DNA from: an uncultured Candidatus Saccharibacteria bacterium
Lineage (GTDB): Bacteria; Patescibacteriota; Doudnabacteria; UBA920
Length of the DNA: 64,000 bases
Direction: 5' to 3'
Assembly: GCA_964561085.1 (NCBI GenBank)
Contig: CAZLNP010000001.1
Location: 147,201 to 211,200, forward strand
This document shows, piece after piece, positions 1 through 10,139 of the stretch (its first letter is position 1; each line of letters begins with the position of its first letter). The notes beneath the pieces were generated by a model, which saw only the letters and a program-made list of their open reading frames with translations, was not told where the DNA came from and made no database searches. Position numbers and translations under genes: made by a program.

Positions 1-76
1 CAAGCAAAATAACCGCAGCAAGTAAACGTGCGGTATTTTTAAGAATTGTCTGTTTTTTCATGATTTTTTGTTTCAT
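1..76 (-). CDS. 5' end of a secreted/membrane protein running off the window (MKQKIMKKQTILKNTARLLAAVILL...)
   Basis: In-frame ATGs at 76 and 61; basic N-terminus followed by a hydrophobic stretch; open to the window edge. Confidence 0.6.
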   Translation of the reverse strand, partial: MKQKIMKKQTILKNTARLLAAVILL

Positions 77-149
77 CTCAGGTTTACTGGACTATTAAAT
101 ATAGTATATCACATTTTAAGGCAAAGCACAAGGCCAAAAGCCCTAATAA

Positions 150-698
150 CTAATTAGATCTACTAGAGCCGGTCTCCGAATCGCTATCGGGAACCAGTGA
201 ATCGTCCTGACTTAATGTTAACGGGGCAATTTCAATAACTTTGTTAGTATCTGGTCTAAATAATATGGCTCTCTGAGCCTCCTGGTAGATTAAGACTTTA
301 TCCCCAGCTTTGGAATTTGCGAAGAACTCTTGATCTGCTAGCTTGGTTGGATCAGTAACGGTTGCTACTGTCGGCTCTTCCCCTACTGGGAGCTCTACTA
401 ACTGACCAACTTGGTCTACAATCTTTTGGCTTTCTTCTTTTGCTTTAGCGTTTGGATCGTTCTGGATTTGTTTCAACTCATTCTTTGCTTCTCTTAAATC
501 CATGTAGAATTTAACCGTAAATACTAATAATAGTAATCCGAAAATAATTACTAGTGCAATTAGAAGTTTCTTTTTATTTTGCTTCAAGCCATCAAGCACT
601 GAAGAAGTCTTAGATGTCTTAGAAAAATTTTGCGGCAAATCGAATGTTGAGTTAACAACAGAAGTAGACTTTATTTTAGATTTTAGTTTCTGTGGCAT
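150..698 (-). CDS. Single-TM membrane protein with coiled coil and uncharacterised extracellular domain
   Basis: One TM helix (LLIALVIIFGLLLLVFTV), then a LPxxEEPTVATVTD...GDKVLIY...AILFRP domain of a type I recognise from CPR genomes. Confidence 0.75.
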   Translation of the reverse strand: MPQKLKSKIKSTSVVNSTFDLPQNFSKTSKTSSVLDGLKQNKKKLLIALVIIFGLLLLVFTVKFYMDLREAKNELKQIQNDPNAKAKEESQKIVDQVGQLVELPVGEEPTVATVTDPTKLADQEFFANSKAGDKVLIYQEAQRAILFRPDTNKVIEIAPLTLSQDDSLVPDSDSETGSSRSN

Positions 699-744
699 AG
701 TTTAGTTTTACTCTATATATTATATCAAATGAATCGCATAAAAC

Positions 745-776
745 AAAACTAGCTATGCAAATCACAGCTAGTTTTT
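745..776. terminator. Intrinsic terminator after the giant fibre gene
   Basis: AAAACTAGCT...AGCTAGTTTT inverted repeat with A/T tails. Confidence 0.7.
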
Positions 777-781
777 ATTCT

Positions 782-3700
782 TTATTCTAATCCGAGAGAA
801 TTATCGGAAGAGGGTTCTTCAGTGGAGCTTGGTTCTTCTGGTTCTGTTGATGGTTCATCTATATTATTACCGCCATCAGTAGGCTCTTCGTCCTGATCTG
901 ACGAACCAGTTGAATCTGTTGAATCGCTCGATTCATCTACTTGGGGTTCATCGTTAGGTTGAGAATCGGAACCATCCGAACTAGAGTCATCGTAGAAATA
1001 TTCATCAGTTTGATCCCCTGCCACTTCACCTGTATCTAGCTCTATCTGATCTCCTGCTGAGATTACCAATCTTGGATTCTTTACCGCCAAAGCTATCCAG
1101 CTAAATGTGAGATCTTGAGGAGCCGGTTGGTTTAAGATAATTCGGAAGCCATTCTGACTCTTTCTTGTAACTAAGTGCTGTACATTACTACCAAACAATA
1201 ACTCAATGTTAGAGTCATCAATAATGTTCATGGCGTCTATCACTTCTTGGTTTACCTCTTCAAGAAGCTGTTCATCTTGCTCTTGGGTAATTGCCACACT
1301 AACAATTGGTTGTTCTAAGTATGAGCGCTCAAATGTTACGTCTACGTATCTGTCGCCTTGTAAAATTTTGGCATAGCCAGCTGTGTCTGAATTAAAGAAC
1401 GGGCGACCAATGAATACAAGGTCAGAAAGCACATCTATACTTCTGCCAGAGCTTCCAATCGTCAGCACTTGTAAGCCATCTGCCACAATGTTCGGAGAAA
1501 TTACTTCGAACGTTGCACTTAGTCTATCTGTAAGAATTTGAGAAGATACACCGACATCCTTCTTTTGAGTCTTCATTTGCTTTAGGAAAGCAAGGATTCT
1601 ATCTTGTTTAGTTTCTCTGAGTTCTAAATCGCCGCTTTCAAGAAGAACAGAATCTTCGTCTGGCATTTCTTCTAGGCCCATTTCTGCAATAGCGGCGTCC
1701 ATTTCTTCCATCAGCTGTTCGATTGGTAAACCGTTAAAGCTGCCAAGTTCTACGAACATCATGACTTTGCCACACATTTCCAAATCAACACTTGGCTCTT
1801 CTACTACTTCGTCAGCATCTGCAGTAGTTTCTTCGGTTTCACTTGTGGATTCTTCTGTTGACTCATTTGAAAGATCTTCAGATTCATTATTAGTTTGAAT
1901 TGAACACACTTCTTGCTGTTCTGCAGACAGGCTAGAATCAAGAGCTCTTCCAATTGCTAGCCCAGAACTTGTCGCACGCATAGCATGGCCTTCAATAGAG
2001 GAAGCTGTTAAGTAATCCCCTGGTTGTACCGGACCATTTTCATCGCTAAACTTTACAGGAATACGTCCAGTCAATGCTATTGGATAACCATCTGCTAATC
2101 TTTCTCCCAAAATAATTGCCGGTCTACTCGCCACCACACCAAGCACTCTCTGATTATTTTCACCAGTGTAAAGTACTACGTCGTCACCGTCACCGTTTGG
2201 ATCGATGGAAACTACATCCCCCGCTTGTAGGTTATTAGTAGAGTAATAGTACTCAGCCAAATCGGCTCCACCAGTGAATCCAACTTCTGTACCCAAACTA
2301 CCAACCGCTGTAACACCATCCAAAACTAACTCGTTTCTAATGTTATATAGCTGGTTTGTTATATAATCTAATCCTTGTCCTAACTGAACGTTTTCTGCTT
2401 GGGACCACATATGCTCATCAGTAGCCATTAATAGAGAGCGCTTAGAAAGATCTATGGAACGAATATCATCTGAGTCAGAATCCGTATCTGTCCATTCAGT
2501 TCCATGATCATCAGTCTTTTTAGCGTCGCCGTGGAAAATATCTGCAATTACGTTTGGACCTGCTTGGTGGTTATAACAAGTTACGCCACCAGTACCAGTT
2601 GTACTGTCTGTACCAACACAAAGCAATCTTGCTTCTCCGAGTAAAGCTTTGTTCGTTAATCCAATTGCAACTACAGCATTAGAATCGCCATATAGAGCTT
2701 CTGGGTCGACCTCGAAGTCCGTAGTTGTGTCTGGAGTAACATCAAATGGAATTGCCACTGTCATTGTGTCCGTGGTATTAGAAATTACACGACGTGTTTG
2801 GCCGGCACCAGTACCGCTGGTCAAGTTAACAATTAAACCTGCAAATTCATTCGGGAACCAAGTTTCTCCCGTGTCTGTAATTGTTGTTGAGGTAGCAGCT
2901 GTAGCGTTGTCTACTGTAATTACACGCTTGTTTACCAAAGGACGAGCATCGTTAAATAGACGGCGTTGTTGAGCATTACTTACTGTGGCAAGTGTTGTAG
3001 TTTGCACCGCAAATGTAAAGTCATCGATAGAACCGTTCCAGAAGTTTGAGCCAGCTGCACAGTTCACAGAACCTGCACATGAAGCACCAAGGCTAACAAT
3101 TTGGCTTCCGTCAAAGGTCGTAGCTAAGGCTGTAGCAGTACTTAAGTTAATTGCTTGCCCATCTAGATACACGTCAACGTCACCCGCGTTTGTGCGAGAA
3201 ATTGTTATCATATGCCATTGGTTATCATTATACAATTGAGATGTTGTTGCGGTAATGTCATAGGTGGTGCCTAAAGTCCAGCTGGCATCATCATCTACTC
3301 CGACACGGATTGTTCCAGTAGTTGTCATAGTAGCATCTACACAACCTGTTGCTGCTGTACCCGCTGCGACATAACATTTACTAAAGAGTACTTCAGGTGC
3401 TCCAGGGAGACTAGTAGAATGTTTAAACCACATACTGACCGTCCACCCAACGGTAGATATATTGAATGCCGTATCTACGTCACAAGTACCGTCCGAGGTT
3501 GTATCAGAACATAAGTATCCAGCGCCACCTAAGTCAACAGCTTTACCACGAACACCACTCACCCCTTGTGTGTAGGTTCCTTTGTAAGTCATATCATTGT
3601 CTACAATAGTGTCGCTGTCTGCAGTTGTTGTTGTGTCATCCAAAGGAAGAGCAACGTCAATATACTGATGCTTCATCATACTTTGACGATTTGTATCGAA

Positions 3701-6700
3701 CCACTTTACCCAGCCTGTTGCTGTTGTAGTGTGGCCATGCAATTCAGTCAAACCTAGACTGTGTCCAACATAAATTAAATCTTCTGTTTCTAGGGCAGAT
3801 GATGCACGTTCAATTACATCAATCGCGTCTGGTGCACCTACTATCATGTTTGGTGTAGTTTTAGAAAGTGCTGGTGTTGTAGATTGATCCCATACCGCGC
3901 TGTAAGCTCCATTAATTTCATTAATTTTGTCTGCATCAAAGTTATCCCAACGTTCCAATTGGTCCAGAGTAGTATTTAGAGCGTACATTCTACCAGTCTT
4001 AGTCAAATGCACAGCAGTGTAATCATTATCCGTTGCATCGGAATATTGAATCAGCTGACTTGTAGCCATGTTAATAACAGTAAGGCCAGAATTTGTTGCC
4101 AATGCAATATAAGTACCTCCATACCCTGGAGTTAAGTTAGTAGCAGCACCAATAGTAGACGCAGTGATTGTAATGTTAGGGTTAACAACAAACACATCAT
4201 TAATTGTTTCCCAACCAGCAATGGTACCAGTTACTGCAATGTCTAAGTTGGTATTATTATCTACGTTATAATTCACAGCCCCGTTACGACTTCCAATTCC
4301 AACGTCTGCACCAGAACGATCTGTAGCATCGTAGTTCCACATACGATCGTTAATAAAGTCGAAAGCGTAAAGCCCGTCACCCGCTCCATTAGAACCGTCG
4401 GTTGTACCAACATAGATAACACCATTCATAGCGGTTACGCTGGAAGGATCATTGCTAGTATCTACACCCAAAGCGTACCCACTAGCGTTTTGGCTAAACT
4501 TCATCCACAATGTATTGTTAGAAGTATCAAAAATATACAAAGCATTAGCAGTTACAGCCAAGGTTGCTTTTCTTGGAAAAGAGGAAGCACCACAACGATC
4601 GTCAGTTGAAATGTTACAAATTGAACCGACTGCGTCTTTTGTTTCGTTATACCAAGATAGTCTTTCTGTTGTTGCCCAGTCTACCCAGCGACCACCATCA
4701 CTGTCAGCGGTAGTATCATACAAGAACACATCTTTTACACCAGCTAGTGCTGTTAAGTTTCTAGCACCAATAGTAGTGATGTCGCCGTATACATCTAAGT
4801 CCCCTCTATTAATAGCTTCACCAATTTGAAGCATGCTAGTAGGAGCTGCTGTTCCAATACCAACATAACCATTCATGAATGCAGCGGCATACTCTATGCC
4901 AGCACCCGAGCCAGCATCTATGTATGCACCATAACTTGTTACATTTGTAGTTGATGCACCAGTTATTTTTAAGCCAGCATAAGTACAAGCACCAGTAGCA
5001 CAAGCAGTCATAGTAGGAGCTTCAATATTTAAACCATTAATTTGTTTAGTTCCAGCGCCAGATGTGTTAACAGTAATTGCTAGATTCAAACCATTAGTGA
5101 TTGATTCACTTGAAGCGTTAGTAGAGGCGTTAGTATATGTCAAATTTACTAGACTGCCAGTTTGAGTTGCACCTGGGTCATAAGAAGCGCCAGTAACATT
5201 AATTGCGTTTCCTCGAGTCAATACAGTACCCATGTTAATCTCTATAACTTTTCCAGTAGTTAAAGAAGTGGCATTAAATGTTGCGAGCCTGCCAGTGGCA
5301 GTAGAGTTGGCTGTTAAGTTTAACAATCCACCTGATCCAGTGTAAGCACCAGAAGCTTGAAGTTGAACAATGCCGTTAGACACAGAACCAGTTGTTGCAG
5401 ATGTAACTTTAAAAGCAGACCCTGAAGTAAGCCCTGTTCCTGAAGAAGTGACAGTTAAGTTATCTGTTGTAGTTGTTGCACCCCAATCCAAAGTTTGAAC
5501 AGTTGTACCCATCGCAACAGCGCCATTACCTGCAGCATCGCCGATTGTATCGAAAGTAGTAGAGCCGCCACCAGCGATTGTACAATCTGTACGAGTTGAA
5601 CCAGCGTTGTCTACACAAGCAACTCCTGCACCTGTAAAGTTCAAGGTAGCGCGCTGTGTTAAGCTACCAGCTTCATCTTGAATAGTGGTGTATCCACCAC
5701 CAGCTGAACAAGCACCCCAAAGAATTGTAGTAGCATTTGCTTTCAAACATTCTGTATCTGAACCACGAGCCAAACGGGTTGAGTTAGTGCCATTATGGTA
5801 CAGTAAGTCACCATTAGTTGTGAGTTGAGATAGATTGTTAATTGCATTCTGCGATGTTGATGCTCCAGTACCACCATCTGCAACTGCAATATCAGTTCCG
5901 TTCCATATGCCTGTAGTAACAGTGCCATTGTTAGCTGTAACTACAAGACCGTTAAAGCTAGTTGCTCCAGTGATTGCACCAGACAGTGCAAGTGAACTCA
6001 ATGTTCCGACGCTCGTCAAAGAAGAAGCAGTCACATTAGCAGCTAAGGTTGACCCTGAAATATCTGCTGCTGCGTTAACAGTTATATTAGCATTTGGGAA
6101 TGTGTAAGTTTTATCTGATCCTGTTAAGTCTGCGGTTGTAAAAATACCAGCGAAAGTCGCACCAGTTCCAGTAGTTTGAGGTTTAATATTGATTGTGTCT
6201 GTATTAGCAGTTGTAGATGAGGCTACAATTGAACCTGTAGTCGTAGCAATAAGATTAACATTCTGAGCGGCTCCACCTGCGGTAAATGATAGAGCACCAG
6301 TTCCGGTGATTGAACCATTCGCTGTTCCAGTACCGCCAAGCGAAACTGGAAGCTGTGCATTCACTGACCATGTTCCAGAAGAAATACTTGGTACACCTGT
6401 TGATGCTGAAGTGTTAATTCCAGTACCACCGTAGGTACCAGCAATAGCAGTCCCATTCCAAACACCAGTTGTAATTGTTCCGATGGAAACTAAAGATGAC
6501 AAAGTTGTCACACCTGATGTAATTAAAGTTCCTGTGGTTGGAAGTGTCACGTTTGTAGCACCAGTAGTTGTAAGTGTAAGAGCGTTTGCTCCCGCTGTTG
6601 TAAATGCTGCCGCTGTATTAATGTTGCCGCCAAGGGTAATTGTGTTGCTACCATTGTTTACTCCTGTGCCACCATAAGTTGAGCCGACCACTGTTCCCTG

Positions 6701-7558
6701 CCAAGCTCCTGCAGTAACAACTCCGCTTGCGTTTACACTAAATGCATTTGCGGTTCCAGAAGTTAATGTTCCAGATACATCTACATTTCCTGTTATAGCT
6801 AAATCACTTCCAGAAGGTGCAATTGTTAAATCGCCTCCGGATGAGGTTGTGAAGGAAGAATAGTTTGCTGCGTCGTAGCCAACTCTTAATTGTTCAGTTG
6901 TAGATGTGACATGCAATTTTGCAGAAGTAGTGGCTGTTCCAATTCCTACATTACCACCAGTTAAGTTCCAACCAGCTCCGCTTCCTACAGAAGTCAAAGT
7001 TGTGAATCCGTTAGATGCTACTCCCAAAGTTGCGCGGTTAGAGCCATCATAATTAAATGCTGCTTGGGTGGCGGTATTAGTAATGTCCACCAGACCTGTG
7101 CCCTTAAGATTGCTTGCCAAGAAAGCGACTGGAACTGTTCCAATCTTCTTTCGTGGAGTCATTTCTCCATCCCAACTAGGTGTCCCTGTTCCTCCGATGT
7201 TTACACTCAAAAATAAAGTCTGATTAAAATCTAGACTACCAAAAGGGTTAACCTCTCCCAACATCACACTAAACACCCCATTAGTGACTGTCACTTTATC
7301 TCCAGCAGTACGAGTTTCGGTCCAAAGAAGACTTCCTCCACTTACAGCGTCGTAAAGTTTGAACTCCATGTTATAGTCACCATCCGCAACAGCGACATTG
7401 CTACCATTTGTTAGTTTTCCCTGGTAGTTAATCTCTGCATTATAAGCAGCAATGGCCGAACGTTCATAATTGAAAGTAGATGCTACTGTAGCCAATACAA
7501 CTAGAAGGCCTATTAACGCGAAAGCTATGCGCACGGTAGGAGTAAAGAGTTTAATCAT
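782..7558 (-). CDS. Giant surface fibre/adhesin (~2258 aa): signal/anchor, phage-tail-fibre-like Gly/Thr repeats, LamG-like domain, C-terminal chaperone-like (ADLAEYY) domain, acidic tail
   Basis: Start moved to ATG 7558 (GGAGG SD upstream, overlaps the upstream stop). Motifs: INYQGKL N-domain, W[NQ]GT..GGTG repeats, WTVSMWFK/DNQWHMITISR/VYLDG/GSIDDF LamG motifs, GADLAEYY..GDVV..LGVVAS..ALTGRIPVK. Confidence 0.85.
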   Translation of the reverse strand: MIKLFTPTVRIAFALIGLLVVLATVASTFNYERSAIAAYNAEINYQGKLTNGSNVAVADGDYNMEFKLYDAVSGGSLLWTETRTAGDKVTVTNGVFSVMLGEVNPFGSLDFNQTLFLSVNIGGTGTPSWDGEMTPRKKIGTVPVAFLASNLKGTGLVDITNTATQAAFNYDGSNRATLGVASNGFTTLTSVGSGAGWNLTGGNVGIGTATTSAKLHVTSTTEQLRVGYDAANYSSFTTSSGGDLTIAPSGSDLAITGNVDVSGTLTSGTANAFSVNASGVVTAGAWQGTVVGSTYGGTGVNNGSNTITLGGNINTAAAFTTAGANALTLTTTGATNVTLPTTGTLITSGVTTLSSLVSIGTITTGVWNGTAIAGTYGGTGINTSASTGVPSISSGTWSVNAQLPVSLGGTGTANGSITGTGALSFTAGGAAQNVNLIATTTGSIVASSTTANTDTINIKPQTTGTGATFAGIFTTADLTGSDKTYTFPNANITVNAAADISGSTLAANVTASSLTSVGTLSSLALSGAITGATSFNGLVVTANNGTVTTGIWNGTDIAVADGGTGASTSQNAINNLSQLTTNGDLLYHNGTNSTRLARGSDTECLKANATTILWGACSAGGGYTTIQDEAGSLTQRATLNFTGAGVACVDNAGSTRTDCTIAGGGSTTFDTIGDAAGNGAVAMGTTVQTLDWGATTTTDNLTVTSSGTGLTSGSAFKVTSATTGSVSNGIVQLQASGAYTGSGGLLNLTANSTATGRLATFNATSLTTGKVIEINMGTVLTRGNAINVTGASYDPGATQTGSLVNLTYTNASTNASSESITNGLNLAITVNTSGAGTKQINGLNIEAPTMTACATGACTYAGLKITGASTTNVTSYGAYIDAGSGAGIEYAAAFMNGYVGIGTAAPTSMLQIGEAINRGDLDVYGDITTIGARNLTALAGVKDVFLYDTTADSDGGRWVDWATTERLSWYNETKDAVGSICNISTDDRCGASSFPRKATLAVTANALYIFDTSNNTLWMKFSQNASGYALGVDTSNDPSSVTAMNGVIYVGTTDGSNGAGDGLYAFDFINDRMWNYDATDRSGADVGIGSRNGAVNYNVDNNTNLDIAVTGTIAGWETINDVFVVNPNITITASTIGAATNLTPGYGGTYIALATNSGLTVINMATSQLIQYSDATDNDYTAVHLTKTGRMYALNTTLDQLERWDNFDADKINEINGAYSAVWDQSTTPALSKTTPNMIVGAPDAIDVIERASSALETEDLIYVGHSLGLTELHGHTTTATGWVKWFDTNRQSMMKHQYIDVALPLDDTTTTADSDTIVDNDMTYKGTYTQGVSGVRGKAVDLGGAGYLCSDTTSDGTCDVDTAFNISTVGWTVSMWFKHSTSLPGAPEVLFSKCYVAAGTAATGCVDATMTTTGTIRVGVDDDASWTLGTTYDITATTSQLYNDNQWHMITISRTNAGDVDVYLDGQAINLSTATALATTFDGSQIVSLGASCAGSVNCAAGSNFWNGSIDDFTFAVQTTTLATVSNAQQRRLFNDARPLVNKRVITVDNATAATSTTITDTGETWFPNEFAGLIVNLTSGTGAGQTRRVISNTTDTMTVAIPFDVTPDTTTDFEVDPEALYGDSNAVVAIGLTNKALLGEARLLCVGTDSTTGTGGVTCYNHQAGPNVIADIFHGDAKKTDDHGTEWTDTDSDSDDIRSIDLSKRSLLMATDEHMWSQAENVQLGQGLDYITNQLYNIRNELVLDGVTAVGSLGTEVGFTGGADLAEYYYSTNNLQAGDVVSIDPNGDGDDVVLYTGENNQRVLGVVASRPAIILGERLADGYPIALTGRIPVKFSDENGPVQPGDYLTASSIEGHAMRATSSGLAIGRALDSSLSAEQQEVCSIQTNNESEDLSNESTEESTSETEETTADADEVVEEPSVDLEMCGKVMMFVELGSFNGLPIEQLMEEMDAAIAEMGLEEMPDEDSVLLESGDLELRETKQDRILAFLKQMKTQKKDVGVSSQILTDRLSATFEVISPNIVADGLQVLTIGSSGRSIDVLSDLVFIGRPFFNSDTAGYAKILQGDRYVDVTFERSYLEQPIVSVAITQEQDEQLLEEVNQEVIDAMNIIDDSNIELLFGSNVQHLVTRKSQNGFRIILNQPAPQDLTFSWIALAVKNPRLVISAGDQIELDTGEVAGDQTDEYFYDDSSSDGSDSQPNDEPQVDESSDSTDSTGSSDQDEEPTDGGNNIDEPSTEPEEPSSTEEPSSDNSLGLE

Positions 7559-7802
7559 ACACAACCTCCGCTTTTGTTCGCATTTGCGCACTGCGAGAAT
7601 GCTTCACTTTTTGTTGTTTCAAATACAATAAAACCGCCCCACGTGTAGTGAGCCAGTTTCTAGCTATCTTCATTGCTTTTAGATGTCCTGTTCTCGCTCT
7701 TAAACTCAAGTACTCGGCTGAGTATGGAGTAAAGTTTGCAGCTTCAGAGATTGAGATTAAATCTCCTGAGGCTAAAAAGGACTTCTTTTCCCTTTCTGAC
7801 AT
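7551..7802 (-). CDS. Small helix-turn-helix DNA-binding protein (excisionase/MerR-like HTH_17 type)
   Basis: LISISEAA..TPYSAEYLSLRARTGHLKAMKIARNWLTT motif; own promoter upstream. Confidence 0.8.
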   Translation of the reverse strand: MSEREKKSFLASGDLISISEAANFTPYSAEYLSLRARTGHLKAMKIARNWLTTRGAVLLYLKQQKVKHSRSAQMRTKAEVVYD

Positions 7803-7888
7803 ATTGTATTTTAGTTTTTGTTTCTTGTATTGATCTTCGCTTTTTTACCGATGATCAATATTTGCTATCCGATACTTTTTCTATATCA

Positions 7889-7917
7889 AGTATAGCAGTT
7901 TTATTGCGTTTTGTCAA
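7889..7917 (-). promoter_or_regulatory. Sigma70 promoter for the HTH-fibre operon
   Basis: TTGACA-17-TATACT with extended TG. Confidence 0.75.
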
Positions 7918-7940
7918 TGCTATATTAAAAAAGAGTTGGA

Positions 7941-9284
7941 TTATTCCAACTCTTTTTTCTCTTCATTGCTTCGCAAGGAAATTTGTTTTCTAATTCTTAC
8001 TACTCTCCAAAAATGTACTGTCACAATTACTGCGGCGAGGCCCACTGTTCCTATGATAACGGGGTTCGGAAGTCCTTCCTGTCCCGATTCTTCCCTGCTA
8101 TCCACTTCTGCCTGCGCTTCATTAATTACTTCAACAGAGCCCGAAACCTTTTCAAGTATTAATTTTGTCGAATTAAATACTGTGACAACTAATGCATAGT
8201 TTTTTGGATTTTTAAACGCTGGGGTTTTTACCCTATACTCACCGCTCTCTTTATCGTAAAAAAACAGATAGGTCGAGCTAGAAGATTTTTTTTCAGGATC
8301 GGCAACAGTCAACGTTAAGAATGACCCATCTTCAGGTAGACGACTCCTCGGGATTGAAATTTCTAAACCTTGTCCTACAGGAATCACTGGGTTGTCTAAA
8401 TCCAAAGTAAGACCATCGCGATAGGAAAAATTAAAATCTTTAAACAGACTTGGAATCAGTGGTGGGTTCTTTACCGAAGGAAGTTGTATGTCTACTGCAG
8501 GAGCTGTTGGATCTGTGTTGACTTCATCACTGCTGGCGATCATTGTATACGAAACGGATCCGGAAGAATAATTACCAGTAGTGTCCTTAGAGAACGCTGT
8601 ATAAAAATAAATTACACCGGGCACTACATTGTCATCATAAAAATTACTTCCAAGACCTTCATAGATCACAGCTCCATTTAAAGGATCTAAAGGAAAAAAC
8701 TTTTCTGATTTTACTATTCTAACTAAATTAAAATCTGATTCTGTTGGATTGTTCCAACTTAAATGAATATGTTTTAATTGAGGAGTTGCAGAAAACTCAC
8801 TAACATTGCTGGGTGGTTCTGTGTCTGGTGGGCTAAGTGTTACGAATACATCTTGATACTTACTCTCGGCACCATTTGTCCCGGTAGAAATTATTTGAAA
8901 GTAGTATCTTTTATTTGGTAATAGATCTGAAATTAGAGCTGAATGATTCTTGGTATATTGTTCTCCAGCAACAGTGCCATCTCTATAGTCAGGGTTAGTG
9001 CCCCAAGAAACGCGGGACAACGCTAAGTCTTGTGTGACCCAATTTATTGTCGCCGAATCGTAAGAAGTTGTTACTGCAACTCTACTTATTTTTGGAGGAC
9101 TAACCGTTGGAGGCGCCCCTCCTCCTGTAGATCCTGGCACAGGATCAACTCCGGTATTACTAGGCTGACCAACCTGAACACCACTACTTGCTGCATAGAT
9201 TAAAGCAGGCGTACTTAAAAATATTGAGCAAGTAAAAATCCCCAACGAAAATAAAGTAAAGATTCGGCTGATTTTGAATTTCAT
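7941..9284 (-). CDS. Cell-surface protein with two fibronectin-III-like domains and a C-terminal TM anchor
   Basis: Signal peptide; ATINW..L.P...Y.FQI and LSW.NP...YFYTAFSKD FN3 patterns; C-terminal TM plus basic tail. Confidence 0.8.
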   Translation of the reverse strand: MKFKISRIFTLFSLGIFTCSIFLSTPALIYAASSGVQVGQPSNTGVDPVPGSTGGGAPPTVSPPKISRVAVTTSYDSATINWVTQDLALSRVSWGTNPDYRDGTVAGEQYTKNHSALISDLLPNKRYYFQIISTGTNGAESKYQDVFVTLSPPDTEPPSNVSEFSATPQLKHIHLSWNNPTESDFNLVRIVKSEKFFPLDPLNGAVIYEGLGSNFYDDNVVPGVIYFYTAFSKDTTGNYSSGSVSYTMIASSDEVNTDPTAPAVDIQLPSVKNPPLIPSLFKDFNFSYRDGLTLDLDNPVIPVGQGLEISIPRSRLPEDGSFLTLTVADPEKKSSSSTYLFFYDKESGEYRVKTPAFKNPKNYALVVTVFNSTKLILEKVSGSVEVINEAQAEVDSREESGQEGLPNPVIIGTVGLAAVIVTVHFWRVVRIRKQISLRSNEEKKELE

Positions 9285-9293
9285 AACTAAGTT

Positions 9294-10097
9294 TTATAGA
9301 GCTACTGCAGTGACGGTAATATTAGCTTCGTAATTTCCATTAGGTTGGATATGACTTGAACCTACTTCAGCCTGCATCTTCACAGTAGTAGTAGTCCCCG
9401 ACGGATGATTCCCAGTTGTTCGTTCAGCAATTTGTTGGTCAGAAGTAGTAAGCTTGTCCCAACATCGATCTGTAGTATCACTTCCCCCTATAGCATCACA
9501 CGTAGCACCATTATCTTTGTATCTTTGAATAATATCTACTCCTTCTGGAGTAAATCCGTACTCGCTATCTGCTGAGGCTACTGACCATAAATAGTCCGGC
9601 GCAGCTCCACTTGTTGTATAGTCAGCAAAATCACTGGAAGCGCTTCGCAATGCTGGATTAGTATCGGCTTTAATTGTTAGCGAATATCCTGCTGGATTAT
9701 CTGTAATGACTGTCCAAACAGTTGAACCGCTACCGACTCCACCAGAAACTCCAGAGATTGCTGGACTCATTGTTACATCGCTTCCACTACTAATAGCTAA
9801 GTATGTGAGTTGTGCGCCTATGAATCCTGCGTTTATTCCATAGCTGCCACTCGCAGAGTCTCCAGTAGCTATCTCGCCAACTGTATCGAACAAACCATAA
9901 GAGGTAGATGATCCATCTTGCCCCCCAACGTTAATTGAATCTAACGGAATCTTATATGCTGTGCCAGCCATTTGTGCATGGATATGGGTCGCAGTTCCCA
10001 CTGACACAGACATCAACAAAAAAAACAGCACAGCAAACCTGAAAGTTTTGCCTGCACTGATTTTTGTTATTAAAATTTTAATTTTTTCTAAATTCAT
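9294..10097 (-). CDS. Secreted WxL-like/pilin-like protein (paralog of 11186..11836 with an extra N-terminal segment)
   Basis: Signal peptide; shared WTVITDN..GYSL and C-terminal GNYEANITVTAVAL strand; Cys pair. Confidence 0.7.
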   Translation of the reverse strand: MNLEKIKILITKISAGKTFRFAVLFFLLMSVSVGTATHIHAQMAGTAYKIPLDSINVGGQDGSSTSYGLFDTVGEIATGDSASGSYGINAGFIGAQLTYLAISSGSDVTMSPAISGVSGGVGSGSTVWTVITDNPAGYSLTIKADTNPALRSASSDFADYTTSGAAPDYLWSVASADSEYGFTPEGVDIIQRYKDNGATCDAIGGSDTTDRCWDKLTTSDQQIAERTTGNHPSGTTTTVKMQAEVGSSHIQPNGNYEANITVTAVAL

Positions 10098-10139
10098 CCT
10101 AATCGCTTACTAATGATACTGGCCAGCGGTTAGTGATTG

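Noticed and set aside
2649-6677. Plus-strand ORFs inside the giant fibre gene, and similar ORFs opposite rpoBC, polA, pilB, PBP1A and gyrA
   Set aside because: Antisense shadows of strongly biased coding sequence; no RBS, promoter or recognisable motifs.
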